Shown here in pieces: positions 1 to 14,817 of a DNA stretch of 64,000 bases. A program made the translations under genes and the position numbers. The stretch is from an uncultured candidatus Porisulfidus sp. GTDB lineage: Bacteria > Pseudomonadota > Gammaproteobacteria > Poriferisulfidales > Poriferisulfidaceae. The stretch's first letter is position 1, and each line of letters begins with the position of its first letter. The notes beneath the pieces are model-generated. The model saw only the letters and a list, made by a program, of their open reading frames with translations, was not told the origin of the DNA and did not search any database. The DNA lies in NCBI GenBank assembly GCA_965199755.1, contig CBDASZ010000001.1:576001-640000 (forward strand), in the 5' to 3' direction.

Positions 1-1
1 C

Positions 2-229
2 CAGAACCATGGCTTCGCCATAGATGAGGCATCCTTGCCTGCCCATCTGACTCTGACCCATCGCTCCTTGTTTGACGGCACCGTGCAGGGCATCCGCCAC
101 ATAGAGGCACCGGCGTTTGCGTTTCAAGGACACCCGGAAGCGAGTCCCGGACCGCATGACATCTCCGGCCTGTTCGCCGAATTTGTGGCGCTGATGCAGG
201 CACATCGAACGCACGCGGGTACATCCTGA
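2..229 (+). CDS. carA: carbamoyl-phosphate synthase small subunit, 3' part (truncated by window start)
   Basis: Frame from nt 2 reads QNHGFAID...[13 protein letters not shown] (glutamine amidotransferase C-terminal motifs); stop overlaps the carB ATG. Confidence 0.95.
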   Translation, partial: QNHGFAIDEASLPAHLTLTHRSLFDGTVQGIRHIEAPAFAFQGHPEASPGPHDISGLFAEFVALMQAHRTHAGTS

Positions 230-3200
230 TGCCGAAGCGCCCCGACATTGAAAGCATTCTGGTGATCGGAGCCGGGCCGATCGTCATCGGTCAGGCGTGC
301 GAGTTTGATTATTCCGGCGCGCAGGCGTGCAAGGCACTGCGCGAGGAAGGGTATCGGGTCATTCTGGTCAACTCCAATCCGGCGACGATCATGACGGACC
401 CGCAGATGGCGCACGCTATCTACATTGAGCCGGTCGAGTGGAAGACGCTCTCGCGGGTGATTGAGAAGGAGCAACCCGATGCTTTGCTGCCGACCATGGG
501 TGGGCAGACGGCGCTGAATTGCGCGCTTGATCTGGATCGCGAGGGAGTGCTTGAGCAGCACGGGGTGCAGATGATTGGCGCGTCGCTGGATGCTATTGCC
601 AGGGCCGAGGATCGTCAGTTGTTTTGCGCCGCGATGGCGGAGATCGGGTTAGAGCAGGCGCGCTCGAAGGTGGTGCGCGATCTGGATGAGGCGACCGCGT
701 TTCAGCCGGAAATCGGCTACCCGGTCATTGTGCGACCGTCCTACACTTTGGGCGGCACCGGCGGCGGCATCGCTCACTCAGAGTCCGAGTTGCGCGAGAT
801 CGTGGCGTACGGGCTGGAGGCCTCACCAGCCGGAGAAGTCTTGCTTGAGGAGTCCTTGCTCGGCTGGAAGGAATTTGAGATGGAGGTGGTGCGGGATGCG
901 CGGGACAACTGCATCATTGTCTGTTCGATTGAGAACTTTGACCCGATGGGCGTACATACCGGAGATTCGATCACCGTCGCACCGGCGCAGACGCTGACTG
1001 ACAAGGAGTATCAGTTGATGCGCGATGCCTCCATCGCCGTGTTGCGCAAGATCGGCGTGGACACCGGTGGCTCCAACGTGCAGTTCGCGGTTCACCCGGA
1101 GAACGGGCGTCTGGTGATCATTGAGATGAACCCGCGGGTGTCGCGTTCCTCTGCACTGGCATCCAAGGCAACCGGCTTCCCAATCGCCAAGGTCGCGGCG
1201 CGTCTGGCGGTGGGCTATACCCTGGACGAATTGCGCAACGACATCACCGATGGCGTCACGCCGTGTTCCTTCGAGCCGACTTTGGACTACATTGTCACCA
1301 AGGTGCCGCGGTTCACCTTTGAGAAGTTCCCGCAGGCGGAACCGGTATTGAGTACCCAGATGAAATCGGTCGGCGAGGCGATGGCGATCGGACGCACGTT
1401 CCAGGAGTCGCTGCAAAAAGCCCTGCGCAGTCTGGAGACGGGGCGGTGTGGTTTGGACACGCTGGGCTCGGCGTCTCGGGAAGTGCGGGAGCGCCAGTTG
1501 GCGCGGCCGGGACCGCATCGGATCTGGCATTTGGCGGATGCCTTGCGGGAGGGCTGGAGCATTGAGGAAGTCTGCACGACCTCCGCGGTGGATCCGTGGT
1601 TTGTGGAGCAGATTGCGGAATTAATCGAATTTGAGCGTGATCTCAAAGAGTGTGCGCTGGATGACCTGGATGTGGATCGCCTTCGCGAACTCAAGCGCGC
1701 GGGATTTTCGGATCAGCAGCTGGCACAGTTGCTGGATTGTTCGGAGGAAGCGGTTCGCGCGTGGCGCACCGAGTGGGCGCTGCACCCGGTCTACAAGCGT
1801 GTGGATACCTGCGCGGCCGAGTTCCCGACCTCCACCGCGTACATGTATTCAAGTTACGAGGAAGAATGCGAGTCGCGCCCGACTGAGGCGCGCAAGATTG
1901 TGGTGCTGGGCGGCGGCCCGAACCGAATCGGGCAGGGCATTGAGTTTGATTATTGCTGCGTCCATGCGGCATGGGCCGCGCGCGAGATGGGTTTCGAGAC
2001 ACTGATGGTGAACTGCAACCCTGAGACGGTGTCGACTGATTACGACACCTCGGATCGCCTGTACTTCGAGCCGCTGGTACTGGAGGATGTACTGGAGCTG
2101 CTGCGCGTGGAGAAACCGTTTGGGGTCATTGTGCAGTTCGGTGGCCAGACACCGCTCAAACTTGCGCAGGGATTGGCGCAGGCGGGCATTCCGATTCTGG
2201 GCACGTCGCCGGATGCCATTGACGCTTCCGAGGATCGGGAGCGCTTCACCCAGGTGCTGGAGGATTTGGGCTTGCGTCAGCCTCCTGGCGGAACCGCGCG
2301 GACCGGCGAGGAAGCGCTGGAGCTGGCGCGCACGCTTGGCTACCCGCTGGTGGTGCGTCCCTCATATGTATTGGGCGGACGGGCTATGGAAGTGGTCTTT
2401 GATGAGGCGGAGTTGCACCACTACATTGCGGAAGCCGTGCAGGTCTCTGACAAGACGCCGGTGTTGCTGGACCGATTTTTGGAGAACGCGATTGAAGTGG
2501 ATGTGGATGTGGTGTGTGATGGCACGGATGTATTGATTGGCGGCATCATGCAGCATATCGAGCAGGCGGGCATTCATTCAGGGGATTCCGCTTGCTCTTT
2601 GCCCGCCTACTCAATTGATGAAGTGGTCAAGGATGGTTTGCGCGAGCAGTCGCGGCAGTTGGCGCTGGCATTGAATGTTGTGGGATTGATGAACGTGCAA
2701 TTCGCGGTGTCCGAAGGGGAGATTTATGTGATTGAAGCCAACCCCAGAGCGTCGCGCACCGTCCCGTTTGTTTCCAAAGCGATCGGGAAATCGCTGGCGC
2801 GCATCGCGGTCGCGTGCATGCTCGGCAGCAGCTTGCGCGAGCAGGGTTGCGTGGAGGAGTCGGTGCTGGACTACTATGCGGTCAAGGAGGCCGTGTTCCC
2901 GTTCATCAAGTTCTCCGGGGTTGACACGATTCTGGGACCGGAAATGAAATCAACCGGAGAGGTTATGGGTGTCGGGCGGCAGTTCGAGGAAGCCTTTGCC
3001 AAATCGCAGTTGGCGGCAGGTGTGCATGTTCCGAGTGGGGGCTGCGCCTTAATCAGTGTGCGGGATTCTGACAAGCCGGGCACGGTGCCGATTGCGAAGG
3101 GATTGCTTGATGCCGGATTTACGCTGACGGCGACGCATGGGACGGCTGAGTATCTAAGCAGTCAGGGGGTGCCTTGTGAGGGTGTCAACAAAGTCGCGCA

Positions 3201-3438
3201 GGGTTCGCCTCATGTGGTGGACAAAATTCGCGAAGGAGCGGTAGATCTGATGATCAACACAACCCAAAACAAGCAGGCGATTCGCGATTCCGTGGAGATC
3301 CGGCGCGAAGCGCTGCAGCATCAGATTTGCTACACGACCACGCTGACCGGGGCGGCGGCGTTGCTTCTCATGTTAAAATCCGGCGAACCGGAGACGGTCT
3401 ACCAACTTCAGGAACTGCACGCCGAAAGCGTTCATTAG
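229..3438 (+). CDS. carB: carbamoyl-phosphate synthase large subunit
   Basis: 1069 aa; [30 protein letters not shown] start, two ATP-grasp halves, C-terminal MGS-like domain. Confidence 0.99.
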   Translation: MPKRPDIESILVIGAGPIVIGQACEFDYSGAQACKALREEGYRVILVNSNPATIMTDPQMAHAIYIEPVEWKTLSRVIEKEQPDALLPTMGGQTALNCALDLDREGVLEQHGVQMIGASLDAIARAEDRQLFCAAMAEIGLEQARSKVVRDLDEATAFQPEIGYPVIVRPSYTLGGTGGGIAHSESELREIVAYGLEASPAGEVLLEESLLGWKEFEMEVVRDARDNCIIVCSIENFDPMGVHTGDSITVAPAQTLTDKEYQLMRDASIAVLRKIGVDTGGSNVQFAVHPENGRLVIIEMNPRVSRSSALASKATGFPIAKVAARLAVGYTLDELRNDITDGVTPCSFEPTLDYIVTKVPRFTFEKFPQAEPVLSTQMKSVGEAMAIGRTFQESLQKALRSLETGRCGLDTLGSASREVRERQLARPGPHRIWHLADALREGWSIEEVCTTSAVDPWFVEQIAELIEFERDLKECALDDLDVDRLRELKRAGFSDQQLAQLLDCSEEAVRAWRTEWALHPVYKRVDTCAAEFPTSTAYMYSSYEEECESRPTEARKIVVLGGGPNRIGQGIEFDYCCVHAAWAAREMGFETLMVNCNPETVSTDYDTSDRLYFEPLVLEDVLELLRVEKPFGVIVQFGGQTPLKLAQGLAQAGIPILGTSPDAIDASEDRERFTQVLEDLGLRQPPGGTARTGEEALELARTLGYPLVVRPSYVLGGRAMEVVFDEAELHHYIAEAVQVSDKTPVLLDRFLENAIEVDVDVVCDGTDVLIGGIMQHIEQAGIHSGDSACSLPAYSIDEVVKDGLREQSRQLALALNVVGLMNVQFAVSEGEIYVIEANPRASRTVPFVSKAIGKSLARIAVACMLGSSLREQGCVEESVLDYYAVKEAVFPFIKFSGVDTILGPEMKSTGEVMGVGRQFEEAFAKSQLAAGVHVPSGGCALISVRDSDKPGTVPIAKGLLDAGFTLTATHGTAEYLSSQGVPCEGVNKVAQGSPHVVDKIREGAVDLMINTTQNKQAIRDSVEIRREALQHQICYTTTLTGAAALLLMLKSGEPETVYQLQELHAESVH

Positions 3439-3475
3439 GCGTAGGTTTTTATTTTTTGACGCAAAGAGGCACTGA

Positions 3476-3952
3476 ATGAGCAGGGTACCTATGACCCCTC
3501 GCGGCGCACAAATGTTGCGCGAGGAACTCGAAGAACTCAAGAGCACGAAGCGTCCCGCCGTGATCAAGGCGATCGCCGAAGCGCGCGCGCACGGTGACTT
3601 GCGTGAGAACTTTGAGTACAAGGCTGCGCGCGACCAGCAAGGCTTTGTGGAAGGGCGCATCAAGGAGATTGAGGCCAAGTTGTCGCAGGCGGAAGTGGTT
3701 GATGTCACCACAGTAGAGGCCAACGGCACAGTGGTATTTGGCGCGACCGTGGATGTCATGGACATGGAGTCTGGTGAGTCGCAGAGCTACCGGATAGTGG
3801 GAGAGGATGAGGCCGATATAGACGCGGATGAGATTTCAGTGTTCACGCCGATCGCGCGGGCGTTTATCGGCAAGATATCCGGGGAGGAGGTGGAGGTCGA
3901 GGTGCCCGGAGGCAAACGGATGTTTGAGATTGTCGACGTGCGCTACGAGTAA
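3476..3952 (+). CDS. greA: transcription elongation factor GreA
   Basis: [20 protein letters not shown] motif; carAB-greA synteny. Confidence 0.97.
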   Translation: MSRVPMTPRGAQMLREELEELKSTKRPAVIKAIAEARAHGDLRENFEYKAARDQQGFVEGRIKEIEAKLSQAEVVDVTTVEANGTVVFGATVDVMDMESGESQSYRIVGEDEADIDADEISVFTPIARAFIGKISGEEVEVEVPGGKRMFEIVDVRYE

Positions 3953-3954
3953 CA

Positions 3955-3988
3955 CAGACAGGCGGCAGAAGCGAATGCCGCCTGTTTG
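3955..3988. terminator. hairpin between convergent greA and the DUF262 gene (probable terminator)
   Basis: CAGACAGGCGGCA / TGCCGCCTGTTTG inverted repeat right after the greA stop; no strong U tract. Confidence 0.6.
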
Positions 3989-4008
3989 CAAGTATGAATA
4001 CTGACTTT

Positions 4009-5934
4009 TTAATTAGATTCTGGGTCAGTACTTGAGTGGTCGGTCCCATCCTTTTGCTGCTGGCTATTCTCACCCCCTAAAGTTTGTGTTAATTTTTGGT
4101 GCATGAGATCCCTCCTGGCAGTAAAAAAGCCGGGAATTTTATCAACGCTTTCCTTCCCTGGAATTTCGCTGGTTTCTGGCCAAGATGGCCATAGATTAGT
4201 AACGGTTGAGCACGTCAGGATTTTATTGGGGTCGTTCCGTTGTTGCTCGGCTTGAATCCAGTCGAGAGGAAATTTTCCCTGCTTTGATGTGTTGACATCA
4301 ATGGGTAGCAATTGTAGGTTCACGAGAGTTCCCCCCAAGTCCACACATTCCTCTGCTTCGCTCGCAGAGAGTCCTTGCTCTTCCAAAGCATCCTGTTTTA
4401 GGACTACTGTTGGAACAATGTGGTCAATCTGAGTTTGTTCGCGCATGGGCATGATGTGCTCCAACACTAAAGCTGTTTCTGTATCGGAATAACCTTTTGC
4501 CAGAAGGTAGTCATAATCTTCATCTACAAAGTCGATAGGACTATTTTGCTCTCCCATAAAGCCCTTCAGGAATTCAAGAGGGAATTTCTTGCCTGATTTA
4601 TATTTCGTCTCATTGCTCACAAGTTCTTCCTGCATATATTTCTTCATATTGGTTACTTCGGTATGCTTAAATCCGTCCCAAACCCGTGGTTTCAAGTTTG
4701 ATAATAAAAGCCATTTACTGATCTGCTCCTTAGCTCTTTTCTTCAGATTGCTTGCAGACAGATCATATGTCATGAGAAACAGGGCGATAGGAAGAAGGCT
4801 GTTATGACTGGCTAATGCTTTTTCAAAGCCGCGGAGGCCACTGAGGATGATGGCTGTCTCAATAAGGCATTTGTGAATCTTTTCCCAATTTTCCTGAAGT
4901 AGTAACATATTGGCGTGGGTGAAGTAGTCGGTTTTGAGTTTCACTTCGAGGTTTCCACATACGAATAATGCGGCTCTCATTACGAAATCTTTGCTAAATT
5001 TGACGTTTGGGCAAGCCCTCTCTAATTCTCCCACCAGTTGGTTTACTGCTTCTCGAGCTGATTTTGCTCCACTAGGGCTTTCACGGTCCCAGTGGACGGT
5101 GGCAATTGAAAGCAGTAAGTCAGTCTTGGAAAGCTTTTGCCCCTGATCATTTAGGCGAACAAATATTTGAAGTGCTGTCTCTATGCTTTCCTCGTCAACA
5201 ATGTAGTGGAAAATTTTTGACTCAGTTCGGATGACTTTCAGTAATTTATGTGCAATTTTTTTAGCTCTGTTTTCTGCATTCCTGCGCTCACTATCACTAC
5301 GCCACTCTTTTTCGTGAACTTTCTCTACTATCCATTCGTCGATCTTAAGCCATTGTTCTGAATCGTCTTCTCCCTCTGATACCATACGAACCGGGAACCA
5401 AAGGGTCTCATTTTTATTGCGAGCAGTAGTGATCTGTCTTTTAGATAGAAACTTAAACTCATACTTCAATGAGTCATCTTCTTCCTCCTCGGAGGCTTCA
5501 TTTGAGAGATTGAGGTGAAGGTGTTTGGGCTGCCCTCTAGTTAGCCCAACACCTCCTTTGTTTCTTCTCGGATTAGTGTAGTAGGTACCTCTTAATCCCA
5601 AGTAGAGGGCAGTTAATCGCTGCTGCCCATCCAGCACAGCAGTGAGGTTCTTGCCCCTTCCCCAATTTTTTGGAGCCTGTTTGCAGAGGTGCTGATCTTT
5701 ATATCGATCATAGCATTTGAGAAAGTAGTACAGATCAAGTTTTTTGGAGCGATCAGGAGGAAGTTCCCAAAATTGAAAGGTGGATATGGGGTATCCTCTC
5801 ATCAAACTATCGAACAAGAAACAGATTTGTGTTTCCTTCCAGATAAACTCTCTTTGAATAGAAGGCAAAATATACCGGTCGTGCTCGATGTTCTTGATGG
5901 CATCGTGAATCTTGACTTCATGCAAATTACTCAT
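4009..5934 (-). CDS. GmrSD-like type IV restriction protein (DUF262 N-domain plus C-terminal HNH-like domain)
   Basis: DUF262 motifs LPSIQREFIW, LDGQQRLTAL, FVRLNDQG; C-terminal QIDHIVP...TLVNLQLL...VNTSK HNH-like pattern; visibly AT-richer than flanks. Confidence 0.85.
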   Translation of the reverse strand: MSNLHEVKIHDAIKNIEHDRYILPSIQREFIWKETQICFLFDSLMRGYPISTFQFWELPPDRSKKLDLYYFLKCYDRYKDQHLCKQAPKNWGRGKNLTAVLDGQQRLTALYLGLRGTYYTNPRRNKGGVGLTRGQPKHLHLNLSNEASEEEEDDSLKYEFKFLSKRQITTARNKNETLWFPVRMVSEGEDDSEQWLKIDEWIVEKVHEKEWRSDSERRNAENRAKKIAHKLLKVIRTESKIFHYIVDEESIETALQIFVRLNDQGQKLSKTDLLLSIATVHWDRESPSGAKSAREAVNQLVGELERACPNVKFSKDFVMRAALFVCGNLEVKLKTDYFTHANMLLLQENWEKIHKCLIETAIILSGLRGFEKALASHNSLLPIALFLMTYDLSASNLKKRAKEQISKWLLLSNLKPRVWDGFKHTEVTNMKKYMQEELVSNETKYKSGKKFPLEFLKGFMGEQNSPIDFVDEDYDYLLAKGYSDTETALVLEHIMPMREQTQIDHIVPTVVLKQDALEEQGLSASEAEECVDLGGTLVNLQLLPIDVNTSKQGKFPLDWIQAEQQRNDPNKILTCSTVTNLWPSWPETSEIPGKESVDKIPGFFTARRDLMHQKLTQTLGGENSQQQKDGTDHSSTDPESN

Positions 5935-6030
5935 AGCAGTGGATATTCTCCTTTGTCTGGTCTTGGCTAGGAGGTAACTATATCAGAAAAGACTAGACTG
6001 AGCGGAACAGTTCAGGTCTCATTCCTGTGC

Positions 6031-6113
6031 TACAATAGCCCTTCCGCTCCGCGTCGTTCGGGGCGAAGATTTTTGACATTTCGGTTTTCAAGACAAAACT
6101 TGTGTGGGCGTTT
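6031..6113 (+). promoter_or_regulatory. rrn promoter -10 element and leader (boxA-like element, 5' arm of 16S processing stem)
   Basis: TACAAT at 6031-6036 followed by a GC-rich discriminator; CAAAACTTGTGTGGGCGTT (from 6094) is complementary to AACGCCCACACAAGTTTTG at ~7800. Confidence 0.6.
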
Positions 6114-6240
6114 GTCAGGTCGCGTGTTCAACGCAAAAAACCTGGCAGAATGCCTGCGCCTGAGAATAACTTTAGTTGTTCACGGGCCAGACTACTCTGC
6201 ACACTTGGACTATGCAGGTCTTCGGACCTGCGAACAGTCT

Positions 6241-7776
<1,536 letters not shown>

Positions 7777-7870
7777 AAGAGCAAGAGCACAACCCGGCGA
7801 ACGCCCACACAAGTTTTGTTTTGAGACCATTTGCGGACCTGGCTTGGACAGCACGTCCGGGCAGATGTGC

Positions 7871-7947
<77 letters not shown>

Positions 7948-7964
7948 CCAGCCGGGCAAAGTTC

Positions 7965-8040
7965 GGGGCCATAGCTCAGATGGGAGAGCGCCTGCTTTGC
8001 ACGCAGGAGGTCGGGAGTTCGATCCTCCCTGGCTCCACCA
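7965..8040 (+). tRNA. tRNA-Ala(TGC)
   Basis: GGGGCCATAGCTCAG...TTTGCAC anticodon loop...TTCGATC...CCA. Confidence 0.97.
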
Positions 8041-8173
8041 CCCGCGAACCGCAGCACAGAATTTTTCGCGCGGCCCTGCCGCCGCGTGGTTTTTTTACAA
8101 TTTGATGATTTACATGTACTTCAATCAAGTCGATCGTTATGATTGGCGACTTCAGATTCGTCTGAAGTTGCAT

Positions 8174-11051
<2,878 letters not shown>

Positions 11052-11103
11052 TGCAACTTCAGACCGATCGCCGGATTGACGGCATGTAAATCATCATTTT
11101 TTT

Positions 11104-11222
11104 CGCCTGGCGACCATAGAGAACTGGAACCACTCGATCCATTCCGAACTCGACCGTGAAACGGTTCATCGCCGATGATAGTGTGGGGTTCTCCCCATGT
11201 GAAAGTAGGACATCGCCAGGCA
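11104..11222 (+). rRNA. rrf: 5S ribosomal RNA
   Basis: GCCTGGCG...CCGAAC...GAAAGTAGG...CGCCAGGC with paired ends. Confidence 0.96.
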
Positions 11223-11230
11223 TTTTCTTC

Positions 11231-11260
11231 CGGCCCTGTGCACAAGCGCAGGGCCGTTTT
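11231..11260 (+). terminator. rrn intrinsic terminator
   Basis: CGGCCCTG...CAGGGCCG hairpin followed by TTTT. Confidence 0.75.
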
Positions 11261-11266
11261 GCTTTA

Positions 11267-12058
11267 ATGACGCTCATCATGTCTACCACTTGGTCTTCCT
11301 CTTTGCACGCATCCGCCATCCGCGCCGCGCTGTCGGCGTCGGTACAGGCGCACCTGAGGCATATCGAGATCTGCGAGCAAGTCGCCTCAACCAACGACAT
11401 TCTGCACGCAAAAGCACCAGACACCGGGTTCTGGGTACAGATTGCGCGCAATCAAAGTGGCGCGCGCGGACGTCAGGGGCGGGGCTGGGAGATGAGTGGG
11501 GGCAGTCTGTGTTTCTCGGTACTGCACCACTGGCCGGATGCGCCGCCGCCGGCGCTGACCCTGTGGGTCGGGATCGCTTTGGCCAAACACCTCCAAGGGT
11601 TGGGGTTGAGACAACCCTGCCTGAGTTGGCCGAATGATCTTGTCTACGGAGAAGCAAAGTTTGGCGGTATTCTGACCGAATGTCGCCGTGGCGTTGGGTC
11701 GGCGCGTTGTGTGATCGGAGTGGGCGTGAATGTTACGCAAGTGCCTCGCCTTGATTGCCCGGCGACGTCTCTTGAGGTACACAACAATGAACTCCCAGAA
11801 CCGAATGATCTAACCGCAGCTCTGATAGATGCCGTGTGTGGCTGCCTGTTGCAGTTGGACGCTGGAGTACCGGCATCGCTACCGGAGTCCTTTGCCCGTT
11901 ATGATGGGCTTTCGGGGTGCGCGGTGAATATTGTGGAACCACATCAAAACTACACGGGTTATGCACGCGGCGTAGATGTGCGCGGATACTTGCAAGTGGA
12001 AGGCAGCGATGGGCTGCGCTGTTTCGACAGCGCGGATGTGCGGTTGATTCGATCATGA
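11267..12058 (+). CDS. birA: biotin--[acetyl-CoA carboxylase] ligase without N-terminal HTH
   Basis: VASTND, QSGARGRQGR, WPND, KFGGIL, GVGVNV motifs; the ORF-track start lies inside the 5S rRNA, so the true start is 11267 or 11279. Confidence 0.9.
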   Translation: MTLIMSTTWSSSLHASAIRAALSASVQAHLRHIEICEQVASTNDILHAKAPDTGFWVQIARNQSGARGRQGRGWEMSGGSLCFSVLHHWPDAPPPALTLWVGIALAKHLQGLGLRQPCLSWPNDLVYGEAKFGGILTECRRGVGSARCVIGVGVNVTQVPRLDCPATSLEVHNNELPEPNDLTAALIDAVCGCLLQLDAGVPASLPESFARYDGLSGCAVNIVEPHQNYTGYARGVDVRGYLQVEGSDGLRCFDSADVRLIRS

Positions 12059-12807
12059 CGTTGCTGCTGGATTTGGGACACAGTCGCGCCAAGTTAGCTG
12101 TCAGCGAGAGCGGTAGGCTCTCACGGTTTGCGGTGGCGGAAGTTGACGGACTAGAGCAGCAACTTCCCGCCTTGCTTGAGCAGTATCGAGAGGAAACCAC
12201 AACGCTGGTTGCGGTATGCGTGTGGCATGGTGAGTCCGGTCAGCAATTTCGCACACAGGTGGAGCAATGGTGGGGCGGAGAAGTGGACTGGGTGGATTCG
12301 GCAAGGGCCCGCGGCGACGTACAGTTGCATTACACCGAGCCCGAAACCTTTGGCGTGGACCGGTTGCTGGTGCTTCACGCGGCCAGACAGCGCGCGGCAG
12401 GATCCCCATGTGTGGTGGTTGATGTGGGCACGGCATTGACAATTGATGCGCTCACCAGCACTGGCCAGCACTGGGGAGGCTGGATTCTTCCGGGACCGTC
12501 GAAATTGCATGAAGGTATGGAGGACATGGTTCCATTTGCGGCGGGAAGCGAGCAGTCTGTGCGGCAAGTCCAGTTCAGCAGTACCGGTCAAGCGGTGCGC
12601 GCGGGGATTTGGGGGGTGTTGTCCGCGGGTGTGGAGGAGATGTGCAGGCGGTGTTGCGACGCCTTGTGCGACAGTGGTGAGAAGGCACCTCGAATTTACA
12701 TCACGGGTGGTGGGGCGCAGGATATGCAGGCGTGGCTTAATTTGCGCATGGAGCAGGCACCGGATCTGGTGCTGGAAGGTTTGGCAGGAGTTGCCGAAAG
12801 GCTTTGA
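12055..12807 (+). CDS. coaX: type III pantothenate kinase
   Basis: LLLDLGHSRAK, FGVDR, VVVDVGTALTID, GGWILPG, ITGGGA; birA-coaX synteny. Confidence 0.92.
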   Translation: MTLLLDLGHSRAKLAVSESGRLSRFAVAEVDGLEQQLPALLEQYREETTTLVAVCVWHGESGQQFRTQVEQWWGGEVDWVDSARARGDVQLHYTEPETFGVDRLLVLHAARQRAAGSPCVVVDVGTALTIDALTSTGQHWGGWILPGPSKLHEGMEDMVPFAAGSEQSVRQVQFSSTGQAVRAGIWGVLSAGVEEMCRRCCDALCDSGEKAPRIYITGGGAQDMQAWLNLRMEQAPDLVLEGLAGVAERL

Positions 12808-12842
12808 GGGAGCTCTTTCTCCTGTATTTACATAATTTACTA

Positions 12843-12870
12843 TTGACAATGTTAGTGTAACCTGTACCAT
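12843..12870 (+). promoter_or_regulatory. putative sigma70 promoter upstream of the DUF2857-like gene
   Basis: TTGACA (12843-12848), 16 nt spacer, TACCAT (12865-12870), AT-rich upstream sequence. Confidence 0.5.
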
Positions 12871-13168
12871 AACACCAGGCATTCTTTCGGGTTTGCCTAA
12901 TAACCATTAAGAAAAATGGAAATAGTAGATGATCTTGCTCAACACTGGCGCTCTTCGCGGGCGTTGGCTGTTTGGCCGGTATTGGGAAAGGAGCTGTTAC
13001 AGCGCAAACTGGCCGTATCGTCATTTAGGTTGGGGACAATCAGGTGCCCAATCTCCTTTTCCCTTACGTGCCGGCATGAGCCAGTCAGTTGCATGTTCTC
13101 TATGAGATCCAAACTCCGCATGTTGCGGTGGCGGCTGGCTGTATTGCGCCAGCAATGGAGGATCAATT

Positions 13169-14038
13169 ATGAGAACCGTTATAAATGTCGCGCAACAAGC
13201 GCTACTTCACTTCATCACTCGCTGCTGTCATGACAATGACTGGCCTGCACTGCGTCAGATAAATATTGATCGGCGGCAAGCACTTCAGATTGAACGCTTG
13301 TCTGCGTTCGAGTGCAATATTCTGGGAAGTCTGTCGACTAAATTCGCCACGTTCAAGGTAGATTTCGGCAAGTTAAAAGAGTATATGGAGCTGGTCGACG
13401 GCTCGAGAGATGCACCGAAAGATGTTTCGGCTGCTCTGGCTCGAGAGACCGATCTGTATTTGCGTCTGTGTGATTACATGCTGACGCTGTATCGAGATAA
13501 CCATACGGGTTTGCTAAGCGAATTTGGCCTGTCGCCTGCTCAGGCAGAGTACATCAGCAGAATTCCATTTGCCGAAATTGGACCCGTAGCCCAGCACTTC
13601 TGGGATTTCACCACCATCGAGGTTGATTCACGACGTCTGGGGCACGGTATTCTGACGGCAGTATCAACCTGTCGCTGGCTTCGCCAGTGCAACCAGTTGA
13701 TTCGAGCTGATGCGCCGCGCGAGCTGATGACGCAGTACTATGGAATGTCGTGCGAGTTGTATGCCGAGATTCGGGAGATGTACGGACGTCAGGTGCGCGG
13801 TCGCCCACGCATACTGGACTATGATTCGCAATATTTCCTGTATCAGGAGTTTATACGACAGTACCGGCGTTACGAGGGGACGCACCTTGATCCGTTGCGC
13901 CAGCCTGGCTTGTTCCTGGATCTCTACGATGCGATGGGACGCCGCATAACGCTGCGGGAAATCTGGTGTATGGTGCAGGAATGGCTGCGTCGGGATCTGC
14001 AATTCAAGCGTATCGAACGAGGGCCTGATTCCAACTAG
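13169..14038 (+). CDS. DUF2857 (STY4526/YPO1902)-like putative transcriptional regulator with duplicated N-terminal module
   Basis: GGAGG SD; C-terminal LIRADAPRELMTQYYGMS...RGRPRILD...LREIWCMVQEW fits the recalled DUF2857 pattern; internal repeat visible. Confidence 0.65.
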   Translation: MRTVINVAQQALLHFITRCCHDNDWPALRQINIDRRQALQIERLSAFECNILGSLSTKFATFKVDFGKLKEYMELVDGSRDAPKDVSAALARETDLYLRLCDYMLTLYRDNHTGLLSEFGLSPAQAEYISRIPFAEIGPVAQHFWDFTTIEVDSRRLGHGILTAVSTCRWLRQCNQLIRADAPRELMTQYYGMSCELYAEIREMYGRQVRGRPRILDYDSQYFLYQEFIRQYRRYEGTHLDPLRQPGLFLDLYDAMGRRITLREIWCMVQEWLRRDLQFKRIERGPDSN

Positions 14039-14817
14039 CAGCGGGTTTCAGACAACCCTAAAATCGCGCCTTGCCGGTGCAGCGTAGCCAACATGTTACG
14101 CGCGCCATCTACCACGGCAGGGCGCGGTGTTCGGTCGGACTCGTTCAGCATGGCATCCAGATGGTCGCGCGCGCTGTATTCGGGCTGACTCTGAAGACCC
14201 AGTAGCAGCCGGGCGCTGGGCAGGTCCAGATCAATCACCTGAACGCTCCCTTTGCGATTGCGAAAGAGTAACAGTGGTGTGGGCACCTCCGGCTTGCGTG
14301 GCTCAGACAGCGCCTCGGTGATCTGGTGTACTGGCCATTCGTAGACGCGCAATTGCATCAGCGGGCACAGCACAAGGCAGCGCTCAAACAGATCGTCGTC
14401 CTGCTCCGGTACTACAGGTGTATCTGAGGGCGGCGTATCCTCGGCCAGATTGATATGGCGGCGGGTACATTCGTAGTCCGCAAGTTCCGCCGCATACGGG
14501 AAATCTCGCAGCGTTGCGGGCGATTCCTGTGCAAGGTAGGAAGCGAACTCGGTGTCAATCTGGTGAAAGTAGGGTGTGCGGCAGGCGTAGTGCGAATAAA
14601 ACTCATAACAGGTCTCACGCAGCGTTTCGGCCCCGACGACATCAGTGGTGTGCGGGAACATGCGTTCAATCAGGCCGTAAATATTGTTGAAGAATAGCCG
14701 GCGATAGATGGCCATGCGGCGATCTTCAATGCCTTCGGGCGGCGCGACGTGCCGGGGGTCACGCAGATGGGCGCAAAACTCCCGCTGAATGCGCTGGAAA
14801 TCCGCTTCTTGCGTCAT
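14035..14817 (-). CDS. HvfC/BufC-type MNIO partner protein (DUF2063)
   Basis: [11 protein letters not shown]...[14 protein letters not shown]...TPYFHQI...ELADYE...YEWPVHQI; directly downstream of DUF692. Confidence 0.9.
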   Translation of the reverse strand: MTQEADFQRIQREFCAHLRDPRHVAPPEGIEDRRMAIYRRLFFNNIYGLIERMFPHTTDVVGAETLRETCYEFYSHYACRTPYFHQIDTEFASYLAQESPATLRDFPYAAELADYECTRRHINLAEDTPPSDTPVVPEQDDDLFERCLVLCPLMQLRVYEWPVHQITEALSEPRKPEVPTPLLLFRNRKGSVQVIDLDLPSARLLLGLQSQPEYSARDHLDAMLNESDRTPRPAVVDGARNMLATLHRQGAILGLSETRC

